DNA of 64,000 bases from Catajapyx aquilonaris (lineage: Eukaryota). Numbering within the stretch: position 1 is the first letter of the stretch; every line of letters starts with the position of its first letter. The notes below the pieces were generated by a model. It saw only the letters and a list, made by a program, of their open reading frames with translations, was not told the DNA's origin and searched no databases. The position numbers and the translations under genes are program-made. Location of the stretch: the NCBI GenBank assembly GCA_000934665.2, contig KZ538315.1, positions 1-64,000 on the forward strand, given 5' to 3'. Shown in pieces: positions 50,176-64,000 of the stretch.

Positions 50176-52724
50176 ATGTCGGGGGAATACCAGCCGGTGA
50201 CACATGTCATTTTCGACATGGATGGACTTCTTCTGGGTGAGTGGTTGTTGGTTGGCCTCTGTGGCACATGTGTTGCATTATGCTCATCATTGGAGTTCAT
50301 TTACACTACACTATATGCTGCAAACCACTAAAAGAGCATCACTTCTGAGTCTCCAATGTGCTCTTGTGATGCTTTTTTGTTGCTGAAAAGCATCACAAGA
50401 GCGTCAGTTCCATTGGAGACTCACAAGTGATGCTTGCAGTTTTCAGTGTAGTTGCCTGCGTATGTCCAGCGCATTCACGTACATGATGTGAAACTGGAGG
50501 TAATTTTATAGGTGTACTGTACCAACCACTACACAACGACGAGAGTTTGACCTGGAGTTTAGACTCACCTTGTGCATCAGTTTGGCATTTATTACAGTCT
50601 TGACAGTATTGCTGAATAATCAATTTGTCAAATATGCATGTGTGATACAATCGAAATGCCTCGGAAGCAGAGTGTAGCATAACAATATGATTGGTTCTCA
50701 TGGAGCTGCCGTTTTATGTGTAGAAGAGGTTGATCAAAATTGTCACCTTCAAAATTAAAGAGATAAGGACAATTTATGGGCAGATACACTCGTGGCACTC
50801 GAGTCTACAACATTATGATGGCAACCACTTATTCAAGCAGAAGGCCATAGTGAATGTTCTTATCAGAATATGTTTCTCGTATGCAGCTCGACTCGGAGGT
50901 TATATGAATCGCAAAATGGAGACACCTCAATTCAGAAGAGAGCATCTGCCTGTAATCATATGCATATGAATGACTCCACCAATGCATGCATATTTTTTTC
51001 TTGGAGTGTATCCAATTTGATGTTCTTCACCGGACAAACACATCATAAAGGCGCTCAATTGTGAGGATGAATCATCACAAAATTGGACTCCCTTGGTTGA
51101 AATGTCCCCTCACCCCACCTCATAAATCAATTTGCTCCAGTGACAGCCAACCCCTTGGTTCTTAATTATGTGGGAATTGTACAAACAAGACACTTACAGA
51201 CACAGAGAAGCTGTACACAGATGCTACCCAAGAGGTGTGCAACCCACACAACAAGGTGTACACTTGGGAGCTGAAGGCCCAGTGTATGGGTTTCACCGGA
51301 TTAGATTCAGCCAAAAGGATTACCTCTGCCCTGGAACTGCCGATGACACCAGAGGAATTCATGATGAAAGTGGCTGTTGAACACCAACGCCTGTTTCCCA
51401 CTTCCGAGATGCTCCCAGGTACATGGCTCTTTCTGACTCGATTGAGTTGTTGTTGATGTTGTTACAGACTCTGAGAGGTTATACATGGAAGCCACTCAGC
51501 AGATAGCAGCCAGGTATGGTAAGGAGTACACAATGGAACTCAAGTCCAAAGTCATGGGCCTGACCACAGATGAACTTGCAAAAGTTGTGACGGAAGAGCT
51601 GCAGTTGCCCCTCACCCCAGAGCAGTACAATTGTGAAAAGGCCAAACTCCATGTAGACATGATGCCCAATTGTCAAGTTATGACAGGTGAGGGGCCATTA
51701 GTGGGGACAGTGCAGTGAATCTACTTACAACCATATCATTGGCTTCCTATATTATTTTTGGGCCTTTCATTAACTTCGCTAGATAAAACTAAAAGTGGCT
51801 TTCCTAAGAGAAATTGTAAATATTCCAAAATTTTGACAGAAATATTGCAGGTAGTTTTCATAAGTCAATATCACATATGTCCAATTATAACAATAGCAGT
51901 AGAAGCATGTGGTGCAGAGTGTTTACATGGTAAGGCAGCCTTCAACATACATGCACAAGCCAAATTTTATGTACACGCGAAAATTTAAAACTCGTCAATT
52001 TTGAGATTTTTCCATACCATTCCCCGCCCACTCCTCTCCACTCCAAATCTACCCCACACATTCCCCTTGTAGCCCCATGAAAGCTTGAGTTGGATGCACA
52101 ATTTAGAACCCTGTTCTACAAACTGTGTCCACCACATGCATTCAAGGGAGGTGAGGGTCATGACCTAAATAGTGGCTCTCACATTGGATTCATGAATCTG
52201 GATGCATAATGTGAAAGAGCTTTGCATAATCCTCTTCTAATGCATTTAAATTTCAAATACAGGTGCTGAGCGTCTAGTCAAACATCTGCACAAATCTGGT
52301 GTTCCTATGGCAGTGGCAACCAGTAGCAGCAAAGAAAGCTTTGACCTGAAGGCCCAGAGACATGGCGAACTCTTCAAACTCTTTGATCATATTGTGATGG
52401 GCAGTTCTGACCCTGAGGTAAAGAGAGGCAAGCCCCATCCTGACATATATGAGGTCTGTCGGAAGCGATTTGCTAATGTCCCATCATCAGAGAAGGTCAG
52501 TTGAAGCATTGATAAGCAATTTTTAGATGCCAAAACAGATGTCTTTACAGTGTTTAGCATTTGAGGATTCACCAAATGGGGTCCAGTCTGCGAGGGATGC
52601 TAACATGCAAGTTGTGATGGTCCCAGACCCACGCCTAGATCCAAAGCTGATGGAAGGGGCCACCCAGGTGCTTAAGTCATTAGAAGACTTCAAGCCTGAG
52701 CTGTTTGGTCTGCCACCTTATTAA
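50176..52724 (+). CDS. HDHD1: HAD-family pseudouridine-5'-phosphatase (HDHD1/PUDP/GS1-like), 228 aa per isoform. Exons 50176-50236, [51200-51418 OR 51468-51686], 52263-52495, 52551-52724
   Basis: HAD motif [12 protein letters not shown](T/S)E, motif II AVATSS, motif [11 protein letters not shown], motif [12 protein letters not shown], and a family-typical C-terminus [15 protein letters not shown]. 61+219+233+174 = 687 nt in frame. Confidence 0.93.
50309..50448. repeat. Long fold-back hairpin / small TA-flanked MITE in HDHD1 intron 1
   Basis: Inner perfect 17-bp stem (50360-50376 / 50386-50402) plus an outer 24-bp stem with one mismatch (50335-50358 / 50411-50434). Degenerate ends TA|CACT...AGTG|TA. 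Confidence 0.75.
51200..51418 (+). CDS. HDHD1: HDHD1-like exon 2a (cap region, variant A)
   Basis: ttacag|AC...CCA G|gtacat; 219 nt, phase 1-1. Encodes [73 protein letters not shown]. Confidence 0.9.
51468..51686 (+). CDS. HDHD1: HDHD1-like exon 2b (cap region, variant B)
   Basis: ttacag|AC...ACA G|gtgagg; 219 nt, phase 1-1. Encodes [73 protein letters not shown]. Confidence 0.88.
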
Positions 52725-52859
52725 TGGATAGAAATTTCCAACGTGACTGCCATAAAGGGTACAATGTCGTAACAGATAAAAGTGACATATTTTAACCCAG
52801 AAGCACTGTTGTTTTATTTACTTGTATCTACACGAACAGGTGAGGAACTCCGGTAATGA

Positions 52860-54286
52860 CTAGGACTTTTGAGCCAAGGTCTCCATTGTCTGGAGAACTT
52901 TGTCAGCATCCATGTTGTCTAGGGACATGCTGCTTTCTTTCCCCATCTCTAGAGAAAATAAGAAATGGGAACATCAGCAAAACTACTTCACATTGGCTAT
53001 TAGATCTAACGTTTTGCATGGGTAGTTCACAGAAAATCTTTTTAAAAGGTCACACTGAATTACATTTGGACCACTGAATGTAAGTGTAGTAGACCAGTTA
53101 ACCTGGCTATTTTCAATTTACCAACCAACCCAATTTGTCTGTGTGAATTCCGTTTATTGGCCACTGTCTGGTGCACTCTCAGATTGGACAGTTTAAGGCT
53201 GTAACATCATTAAGCTATCCCTTACACTGCACCGGCCGATAAATGTAAAGGTATTATTATTATCATCAGTCTGCATTAGCTCTGGCACATGCAAAAGGTT
53301 CTCAATGCAAGTTTGCCATCAACTTTGTCCTACACACTTAATCAAGCAGAGTTCAATCATTATGGGGCAGATTCACAAAAGCAAATTATGCAAAACATCT
53401 TGTATAGGTACCTGTATTGACAAATTATGATCAGACATAATTATAACAGATTTCCAGTTGATTAAAACTTGCTTATGAAGTAATTCTACATTACTACACA
53501 AGTAGATGAGAGTCACTGGAATTAATAAAATACTAGGGACATTTAAAAATCTTGAACTGAAACCCACCATATCGGGCAAACATCCGTGGCTTGACTCCAC
53601 TGCACTCTCGGATCAGGATGGGGAATTTGGGGTTGTTCTTCTTGACCCCTACATAGTGTTTCTCCACAAAGTCCCTGAAACAGAAACACAAATATCAATA
53701 TAATGCTCCATCCTGAAACCATCTGAGTTCATGCACACTTTATGGTTAGTCACTGACAAAAAGTGGGCCTTGCTAATCAAGTCAGTGGCACCAATAATAT
53801 ATTGCGCGTTCATTATATTCCTAGCTGGCACCCCAATATTTTGGAAAAAGCTGTGATGTATATGAATGAATGAAGGATATTCCTAGATGCCATTTACACA
53901 GCAACAAGTAACCAAACTTGTTTGAATCATCTGATTTCAGGTGAACATGGTTGGCAGGCATTAAAATGAATACCACGACAATACGAATGTTAATCCTTTT
54001 TGACACGAAATCGAATTAGCAACAATATGGCTTGTCAATCCGATCCTAATGGGCCAATTTGGTTTCTCATTGCTCTGTAAATGATTTTCAAAAACCCGCT
54101 TGGGCATCCGCTTGATTAACTTTGTAGAATCAGGGATGAAAGTCTGTACCTTCCCGACAGCAAAGAGTGTCCCCTTCCCATCTCCCAAACCCACCTGACT
54201 CCCTTGCTGGCCTCTCCCTTCTGGCAGAGATGGATCCTCAGCTCTTTCAAGTGAGGAGCGAATTTCAGAGCCTTCGAAGTCGCCAT
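52860..54286 (-). CDS. NDUFA2: NADH:ubiquinone oxidoreductase subunit A2 (B8), 95 aa. Exons 54286-54195, 53674-53568, 52948-52860
   Basis: Spliced product [95 protein letters not shown] carries the ELRIHLCQ...GVRDF...PILIRECS signature. 288 nt in frame; AATAAA on - at 52813-52818. Confidence 0.95.
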
Positions 54287-57200
54287 CTTTACCTTCGTCC
54301 CCTTCTCTACGAACCGGTTCGAAATGGAATGGAACAGTCCGTTCCTTCATTTGGACTGGTAAAGGAGGTCGTCTGCTGATCACAGGAATGCCCGTCCACC
54401 TCCGTCGCTCTTATGCTTCCCTGTCCGCTTCGAACCGCAGAAAAGCGTGTTTAACCGAACTGTTTGGTTGCTCCAACCATATAATATACCCTGCGATTTA
54501 TCGCCTCTTTAACTACGAAACAGTTTGTTGCAATTCTATTCATTTCTCTTTACAATCCCTTTATGGTTTACACATTCAATACGGATGGAAAATTATACTG
54601 CACACCACTGGTAGGGACGGTTTTATGTATTGTTAAAATTTACTGTAGATTTTATTCATACTTGTGGGGACCTGTAAGGAGGGTGCGGATACTGCTGTTT
54701 TTTGGTGGTATGATACCATGTTACAAAGTTGTAAACGCCAAACGTGCAATAACCCGCAATAACCATTATTGGTAGAAGTGTAATCTGCAGCGAATATTTA
54801 TGGAAAAAATTATATATTAAAAGATTCTTGTTCAGTTAGTGTATTCAACACTAGGTGAGACCAATCTAATAAGCTAATAGACTCGCACTACGAAAAGGAG
54901 GGGAATGAAAAACTTTTTTCTAGGAGTCACAAGCAATGGAAGTTCATGTTACAGGGTCAAAATGGAACTTGAAATTGCAAAAGAAGTGGTTTTCATTATT
55001 TTGTATATGGTTTTACTGAGGTGGTTTACCCATGTCTCACAGAGACGGCTTGGTGTAGTTAGGCACAGAGGCTACACTTTTGGAGATCCTGTTGCGGGGC
55101 TCTCCATGGAGCTGGGGATGGTTCCGTAGCAGATTTGGCACACGATCTTCGCTTCTGATCCTGTCGTTTGATTAGATGGGTGTTACAGCAAAAGACTCTT
55201 CCAAGCTGAAATTCCTGATCCTATGAACCAACTGATCAATTTCACTTCTGAAAATGCTTCCTAATTGCAAGATGCACATCTACGTAATGTAACACCCACT
55301 TCAGAGCTCAGTGGTGTAGGTGAAAAGCCCAATAACAATGTGGTCTCTGCGAGGGTCTCTGACAGTATCACCCAGAGAGGAGAATACCACATTGTCATAG
55401 GCACCTAGTTAAATAAGGCAACTGAACAGGTTTCAATTTGTTTATTCAAACAGGATTTTTGCTGCATGCTCCAGTGTCACCCAGTGTCCATTTGATAATA
55501 TGACTGATTATTAGATCTACCTATTAAAACTAGGAATAAAACTTGTGGACATCATTAGGAGGCCAAACAAATAAATCAAACCCTTTCAGGAGGGGTCGGC
55601 TATATCACACTGGCCATATTCGCTTTTCAGGCAACAAAACTCGTGCTAGGCTGTCAAAAGATGTTATGGAGCTAAGTTAATGACAATGAACTGGATGCAG
55701 CAGAAGCATGTCCTGAAAAGATCCAGCTATCTCTTACAATGCACAATGTAATAGAGTTTGTGATCAGTCCGAGTAGAAATGAAGAAAAAAAGAAAGTCGC
55801 CAGTCCGGCAGCACAACAAGACCTTTTTACAAACACAACTCTTCCGGCTACAGTGCTATCATTTTCAACACCAAAAAAGCAAACAAAAATCTCCCTTTTC
55901 TCACTATGATCTAGCCAGTAACTGATTTGTAAAGGAAAATAGAATTTCATAGAAAATACACAAGGTTTATATTTCCTTGAATTGCTGCTATGACTTCCGT
56001 ATTTAAATTGCGAGTGACCTGCCGTCACTTATAGGGAATCATTTGATTTGTCATAAAATGCAATAATATTTTACCTTAAAACCTCGATTACGTGTCAACT
56101 ACCAAGCAGATATTTCTACACGCTGATTCCAGTTCAGATCATTTTAATAGATTCATAATGTTTGTGAGGCAGGCCACTCTTAGAAAAAACTGGGAGCACT
56201 GATGTCCGCTGCATGTCCTTTTTTTAAATACATTTTACCATTTCCATCTGTTGTTGGGGGGTATCATGCATGCCTCAGTGACATGTAATTCTGAATAATG
56301 AGTTACACTCCACTCTTTTTTGGTCTACTATAATCATTATATACATTACGTTTTGGTCTTGAGAGTAATCTATCTAATTAATCCGGTTTCTTTACACTAT
56401 CTACATTACTGTAACAAGTCAGTTTCAAAGTTAGTTCAGTTTTCTTTTTGCAAATTGCCACACCAGTGACTCAATCATGTTCAGAAGGGCATAAAAGTTT
56501 ACAATTTGGTGAGAACCAGTGGCCTGCTTTTAAAGTTACAAAAATAAGGTGAAAACTGGTGCGATATACATATGCTTGTCTCGTTTTTTGACACAACACA
56601 ATATATTATTCCTGCAAGAAGTCGGTAGAAAAAACTAGCAGTGTAACAGAAAAGGATGGCTCCACACTGGAATCACTCGATAGAACAACAAACTCGATTT
56701 CAATCATTTTTTTCTTTTCTTTAAATCTTCCTTGTGACAGCCACCTTACGCACAGTTCTCATTAACTTTTAGTTGTATATTTTCCCACTCGTTTCACATC
56801 ACTTGTATGCCACACACATTAGTTTCACAACTCCACCTTGTCCATAAATAAGTGGAGTGCAATTTGCATACCCAGCAAGTAAAATGCTGGTTCTGCTCAC
56901 AGCACAACTCAAATGTAAAAAAAAAATTATTATTATTATAATCAATGCCTAGAAGTAAAGTGGCAAAACTTGTGTTGTATGGTTCTGGCTTTGTTCACTG
57001 TCCAGGTACGTGATTCTGCCACTTTTTGTCCTATTCCATGGTCCAAATTGCAAATTTTGAGGGTTGTAAATTTTGATTCTTAGATTTGGACTTCCAACAA
57101 TAACATGCCCGGAGAATGAGAGCAAAAGAAAATACTTGCAGCTTCCCTGCTTCTGAGCCCTGTCTCATGTTGAAAGCAAAATGATAAAAAACGCAGAATT

Positions 57201-57402
57201 TTTTTTCCGAGTCGATAGTAGACTACATCAGGAATTAGACAAATTCATGATGAGGTCCGGGCTCCTATTTTTCTCTCTCTATCCCTCTTTCTCCCATGTG
57301 AAACACTGCATTGAGCCCATGACACAAGAAAAATAACAGGAGGGGGATGACACACACTATTGCGCAAAAACTATGGGGGGGCTCTCCTCCTCCGCCCCAA
57401 TG

Positions 57403-60400
57403 TTAGACCTGCGTTCCACGAGCATTGACAATGGGCCTGGCCCATTCAACAAAATCATCAATGAGGACAGGCCAGGCACCCTCCTCATCGTAGTTGGACA
57501 TGTCCTCGTTGATCATAACCACAAAGTCCAGCAAAAGATTCCAGGTGTCCTTTGGAATTGACCGTTTGTGGTGCTCCTGGAATTACAAAAATTAAGATTG
57601 ATACGAAGTGGAAATTTGGAAAATTACTTGATGCAAGTTTTAATCCTCAATTAAACATTTGTACCTGAAGGAACCGACACCACAAATCGAGAAACTGGAA
57701 GCGTCCCCTCAACACAATATTCCAGTAGGCAATGGCCATGTCTAAGTCCAGTCCCTTCTGGCCTGGGTTCTTGGCATAGTTGAAGGTAAACTGATACAGG
57801 TCCTTGAATTTCTGCACCTCCTTCAGTTCTGCCTCCAGAGAAGGAAGTTTTGCCTTCAGCTTGTCAATGCTGTCACACCTGAACACAAATGACATGGGTT
57901 AAGATTATGCCAAGTCTTCCCTGGGGAAATAAACCATCACTTACCCTAATTCAGTCATCCCTGAAACAAACTCATCCCTGGAGAATTCACACTGGGTTGC
58001 TGCCCTAAATTTCCATGCCAGGAGGAGAACTAACCGCGACTCTGGACTCAAGTTGAGATCATCCAAAAATTTCATAACACCATCTGCTGTCATCTTTTCT
58101 GGTTCTGATGGGTCTAAAAAGGCAATGGAATGGGATTGGCCATTAAAATCCTCGGATCCAGTGGTCTGTTACAGCAAGTTTGATTGTAACTTGTTCACAT
58201 GAAACAATGATAGCAAGAGCTAATAGCTCTTGGTGATAGTAATAATTCATCAAGAATAGGGCTTGTTCAATGAAGTGGCCATCTTGTCCAATCATGGTGT
58301 CTGTCATTCCTGAACAGTTGCAGTAAGTCGCCACTGAAAACATTAACTGCCTGCGATTTGCCAAGCCCTCTGTATGAACTTCCCCCTTGCTTTTGGTGAT
58401 GATTACACTGCCATAAAATGCAGCAGCCACTGCCAGTACAGGGCTAACTCTGAACAACAACAGTCAAGATAAGAAACCTCTCAAATATCGCATCAACATC
58501 AAGACCTCTCATTGTGTTTAGAACCACTGCAGGTCAAGGTACTCTCCCCAAATGCAAACATCCTGGATGAAATGGAAGCCACACACATGTTTGACATGTG
58601 ACAGTATTTTCCCCATGCTTCATGAAAAGTGTAGTTAGGTTAATCTGGATTTATTTTCTGCTGCACTTTTTCACAAAATCTCTGCCTCCACAAGGCTGAA
58701 GACTCTGAATAGCAATGCTGGTAACAGGTCGGGCACCCTGGAAAAGGGTTTTGATGCTAGTGACATGTAGTTGGCAGTACAGTAGAAAAATCTGAAATAT
58801 GAACTCAAACATATTGTTACAATAGCAAAGATAAAAATGGTACACCACCCACACAGCATCATCACCAACATTATTACCTACCCTGCAGATATTACATAAC
58901 TGCCAAAACTTGGAATTTTCTCAACAAAACCAGTAAAAGCAAACTTAAACAAAGTGACCTTGGCTGTTCAAATAGCAGGTATTTCCAAAACCCATTTTTT
59001 GGACCAAAAACCGTAACTCTTTGTTCTCTGCAACCTAAAGTAACGCATCAAAAAGTAATACTCAACACTAATACTTTTGTAGAAGGTCTGACTGGTAAGC
59101 ATACCCAATTCCTCAGAGAAGATGACACTGTTCCACATTTGGTGGGGGAACACAGGAACAGTGAACCGCATGATATGTGACACCTTTACATTTCTCAGTT
59201 TATCATCTTTGCCTCTGCACCCTTACACATTGTCAGTGACACTCGCTACCAGCCTTGGATAAGTCGCTGAACCCAAACGGCTGTAGACTGAAGCGACATG
59301 CGAGCGATTTATCACCTATGTTGCAGCGAAGTACAACCCTGAGTGATGAGATGATTGTTTGGGCGAAAATATATTGTTACCACCTTTGTTACTTTCACTC
59401 AGCAGTGTACATCGCTGCAACATTGTTGAAGCCACGTTTACATGTGAGCGATTTGACAAGCAGTCTCCACCGAGTGGTAACATCACTGAGTAACCCGAGT
59501 AACCAGTACTATTTGAGGTGAACATCAATTGTTACGGTTACTCGCCGATGTTACCACTTGGTGGAGACTTCGCTCGTCAAACTGCTCACATGTAAACTTG
59601 GCTTAATACGAAGTCTGCAAGTTGAGATTGTATGTTCATGAGAACATATCCCATGTGCTCAATACATTCCAAATTCTCCAATGTGAGACGTACAGCCCCA
59701 ACATCTGCTCAGTTACCACAGTTCATATGTAAGTGTCCTGCATAAACCCCTCATGTAATCAGCTGTACTACTCAGTGTTACAAGTGGACGGTGTTATGCA
59801 ATAATGAGTCAACCCACACGAGACCAGTTTTGAGAAAAGGGGCTTTGAAGGTCATACCGCTGAAATTAATTCAGTGTTCTTTACGGTCATTTACGGCTGA
59901 AGTATCAGATTTCACCAGCATGAATTTAACGAAATAAAGCAGGATCCTTTAGGTATATGTTCCTGGGCTTGGCTCAATTTTGACATTTTTGTGGGTTGAC
60001 CCATTATTGCATAACACCATCCATGCACACCATTTGTGAGTTAGCTTTCGGGTTATTTGTGGCAGAAGTATGCAGATTTCATCACCTTGGTTTTAACTGA
60101 ATGAAGTACTATCCTTTGGGTGCACAGGTTAACCGTTTTGTGGGTTAACCCATTATTGCATAACACCGTCCAAGCAGCCCTTATTGTAGCCGCACAGCAG
60201 CCTGTACTCATCCTGTGCTTCAACATCCCATCAGCGTCCTGTGTGCAAACCTTCCCAATCCCTGTGACTGACCATTGTCCCTCCAAATTCACCTCTGTAT
60301 CTGTTGTAGACATGCTCGAGCTTCTTCCTGTCGATAGATACTTTGGGCTCCTTGAAGTAGAGCTCTGGGTTCTGGAAGTAGTTGTCCGAGGCGAGGTCCA

Positions 60401-60582
60401 GCTTCCAGTCATTCTGCGAGAGGCAGTAGATGGCCGTCTTCTCTCCAGTCTGGGTGAACGCGATGAACTGCTTGACTTTCTCCTTCTGCGACGACTTCAG
60501 CTTGTGCTGTACGGATATGTATAATGCGGGCAATAGAACGCGGCGTGCCCCCAACCAAAAGTGGCGATTGATACGTTACCAT
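57403..60582 (-). CDS. DCUN1D1: DCN1-like protein 1 (cullin neddylation co-E3), 257 aa. Exons 60582-60580 (ATG only), 60506-60293, 58113-57945, 57878-57665, 57576-57403
   Basis: N-terminal UBA-like [51 protein letters not shown]-domain motifs [43 protein letters not shown] and [13 protein letters not shown]...[16 protein letters not shown]. 774 nt in frame. Confidence 0.95.
59430..59603. mobile_element. PIF/Harbinger-type MITE in DCN1 intron 2
   Basis: agccacgtttacatgtgagc / gctcacatgtaaacttggct, with internal inverted arms (agtctccaccgagtggtaacatc / gatgttaccacttggtggagact). Flanks are TGA and TAA (imperfect duplication). Confidence 0.75.
59785..60172. mobile_element. TIR element with one left end and two right ends
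   Basis: tggacggtgttatgcaataatgagtcaacccaca (59785-59818) is inverted at ~59990-60023 and again at ~60139-60172. Confidence 0.65.
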
Positions 60583-61415
60583 TTTCCGTCGCCGTTTCAG
60601 CTGCTGAGGGCCCAGAGAGAGTGCCTCAGGAACCATGACACAACATTGTCTACTCCCGATCGGGGATAGGAAAAGGACTAGGACCCGCAAGGTGCACGGG
60701 CGCATGCGCCAAAAACATTCGCATCGCGGGTACTCATCGCCGCTATTTCACATATAAAATTGGTTCTCATTGTTCCAACCCGATCCTACCTCATTATTGG
60801 CAATATCCATGCTAATTACATGCCGAATTGTTGGTAGGGTACACTATGAACGTGGAGGTACGTTTCGATTGTATTCCGACGAAATGCACAGTTGTGATTG
60901 ATGTGATCGAAAATCGCGTTTTAGGTCATCCCATCCCTTTTCTGGCAGTGGAGGGAGGGGTGGAGAGGAGTGGGGGGAAGGGAGGACCGCACTAAAACCT
61001 GGCGACACATGTGGAGGAAACACCGGGCTTTACCGAACATTGCAGTCAAAATCTGCATCAAGAAACTGACAGCAAATTTTGCAAAATTGTGTAACTCGCC
61101 ATAAGACAAGAAAACGAGAGTAAAATCTCAAAATATTAGCACGGCGGTTGAGTAATATTTTATTTTAAGCAACTTATAAAAAAGTAGCAGCTGCTTCCGA
61201 AATGAAATCGGCGATTTTTAAAGCTCCTTTAAGTGTTAACAGCTGCGTTGTTTTTGTAGAGTCGCCATTTTGGTTTTTTCTTCTACGTTTCCCGCCATTC
61301 TAACCGGCTGGTCTCTGAGAAAAGGGCTCCATTTCCTTTGTTTGTTGCTCCGGCTTCCTCTGCCTTCCTTCTCGGCTGTTGGTCTGCTGCGGACTCCAAC
61401 GAACGACTGACAGCC
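60583..61415. promoter_or_regulatory. Divergent promoter region, DCN1 / MCM7
   Basis: 833 bp between opposite ATGs. NRF1/ewg palindrome GCGCATGCGC at 60700-60709 overlapping E2F-like GCGCCAAA; YY1-like CGCCATTTT near 61263; E2F TTTCCCGCC at 61288-61296. Confidence 0.65.
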
Positions 61416-63849
<2,434 letters not shown>

Positions 63850-63889
63850 GTAAGGGTTGCATCTATGTCCAGCAACAATCATCGCATAA

Positions 63890-64000
63890 AGGCCCATTCA
63901 CACAGGCCGTCGACGGTTTTGGTTTTTGGTCTCGTCGACGCCGCGGACCAATCAGAACGGGGCCTCACGTAAACAACGCGTCATGGTTACCGTGAGGGCC
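63890..64000. mobile_element. Left end of a Harbinger-type MITE in an MCM7 intron (same family as 4337-4566), truncated by the window edge
   Basis: taa|aggcccattcacacaggccgtcgacggttttgg...gcggaccaatca matches the arms of the 4337-4566 element. Confidence 0.85.

Noticed and set aside
50237..52262. Third exon-2 copy or docking/selector pairing for the HDHD1 alternative exons
   Set aside because: I saw no further open phase-1 exon of similar sequence and no convincing complementary elements by eye; a computational folding scan would be needed.

Overview
This is eukaryotic (metazoan, probably arthropod) genomic DNA with six intron-containing protein-coding genes, which I reconstructed by hand from splice sites and reading-frame phase. 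In order: a CEP295/Ana1-like centriole gene (-, runs off the left edge); a complete 8-exon dally-like/GPC4-6-type glypican (-, about 40 kb, with introns of about 15 and 20 kb); an HDHD1/GS1-like pseudouridine-5'-phosphatase (+); NDUFA2 (-, missed by the ORF track); DCN1/DCUN1D1 (-); and MCM7 (+, runs off the right edge). Glypican/HDHD1 and DCN1/MCM7 are head-to-head pairs, and HDHD1/NDUFA2 are tail-to-tail. Housekeeping-gene introns carry several MITE-like elements (Tc1/mariner-type TA and PIF/Harbinger-type TWA target duplications) and a tRNA-derived SINE. The main find is in the HDHD1-like gene. It has two tandem, equally long (219 nt), same-phase copies of exon 2, about 38% identical in protein, each encoding the HAD cap region. 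They are separated by a 49-nt intron whose likely branch point is too close to the donor for the two exons to be joined. This suggests a mutually exclusive 'cap-swapping' phosphatase. Family assignments rest on my recall of protein motifs, not on database searches. There are three assembly gaps.
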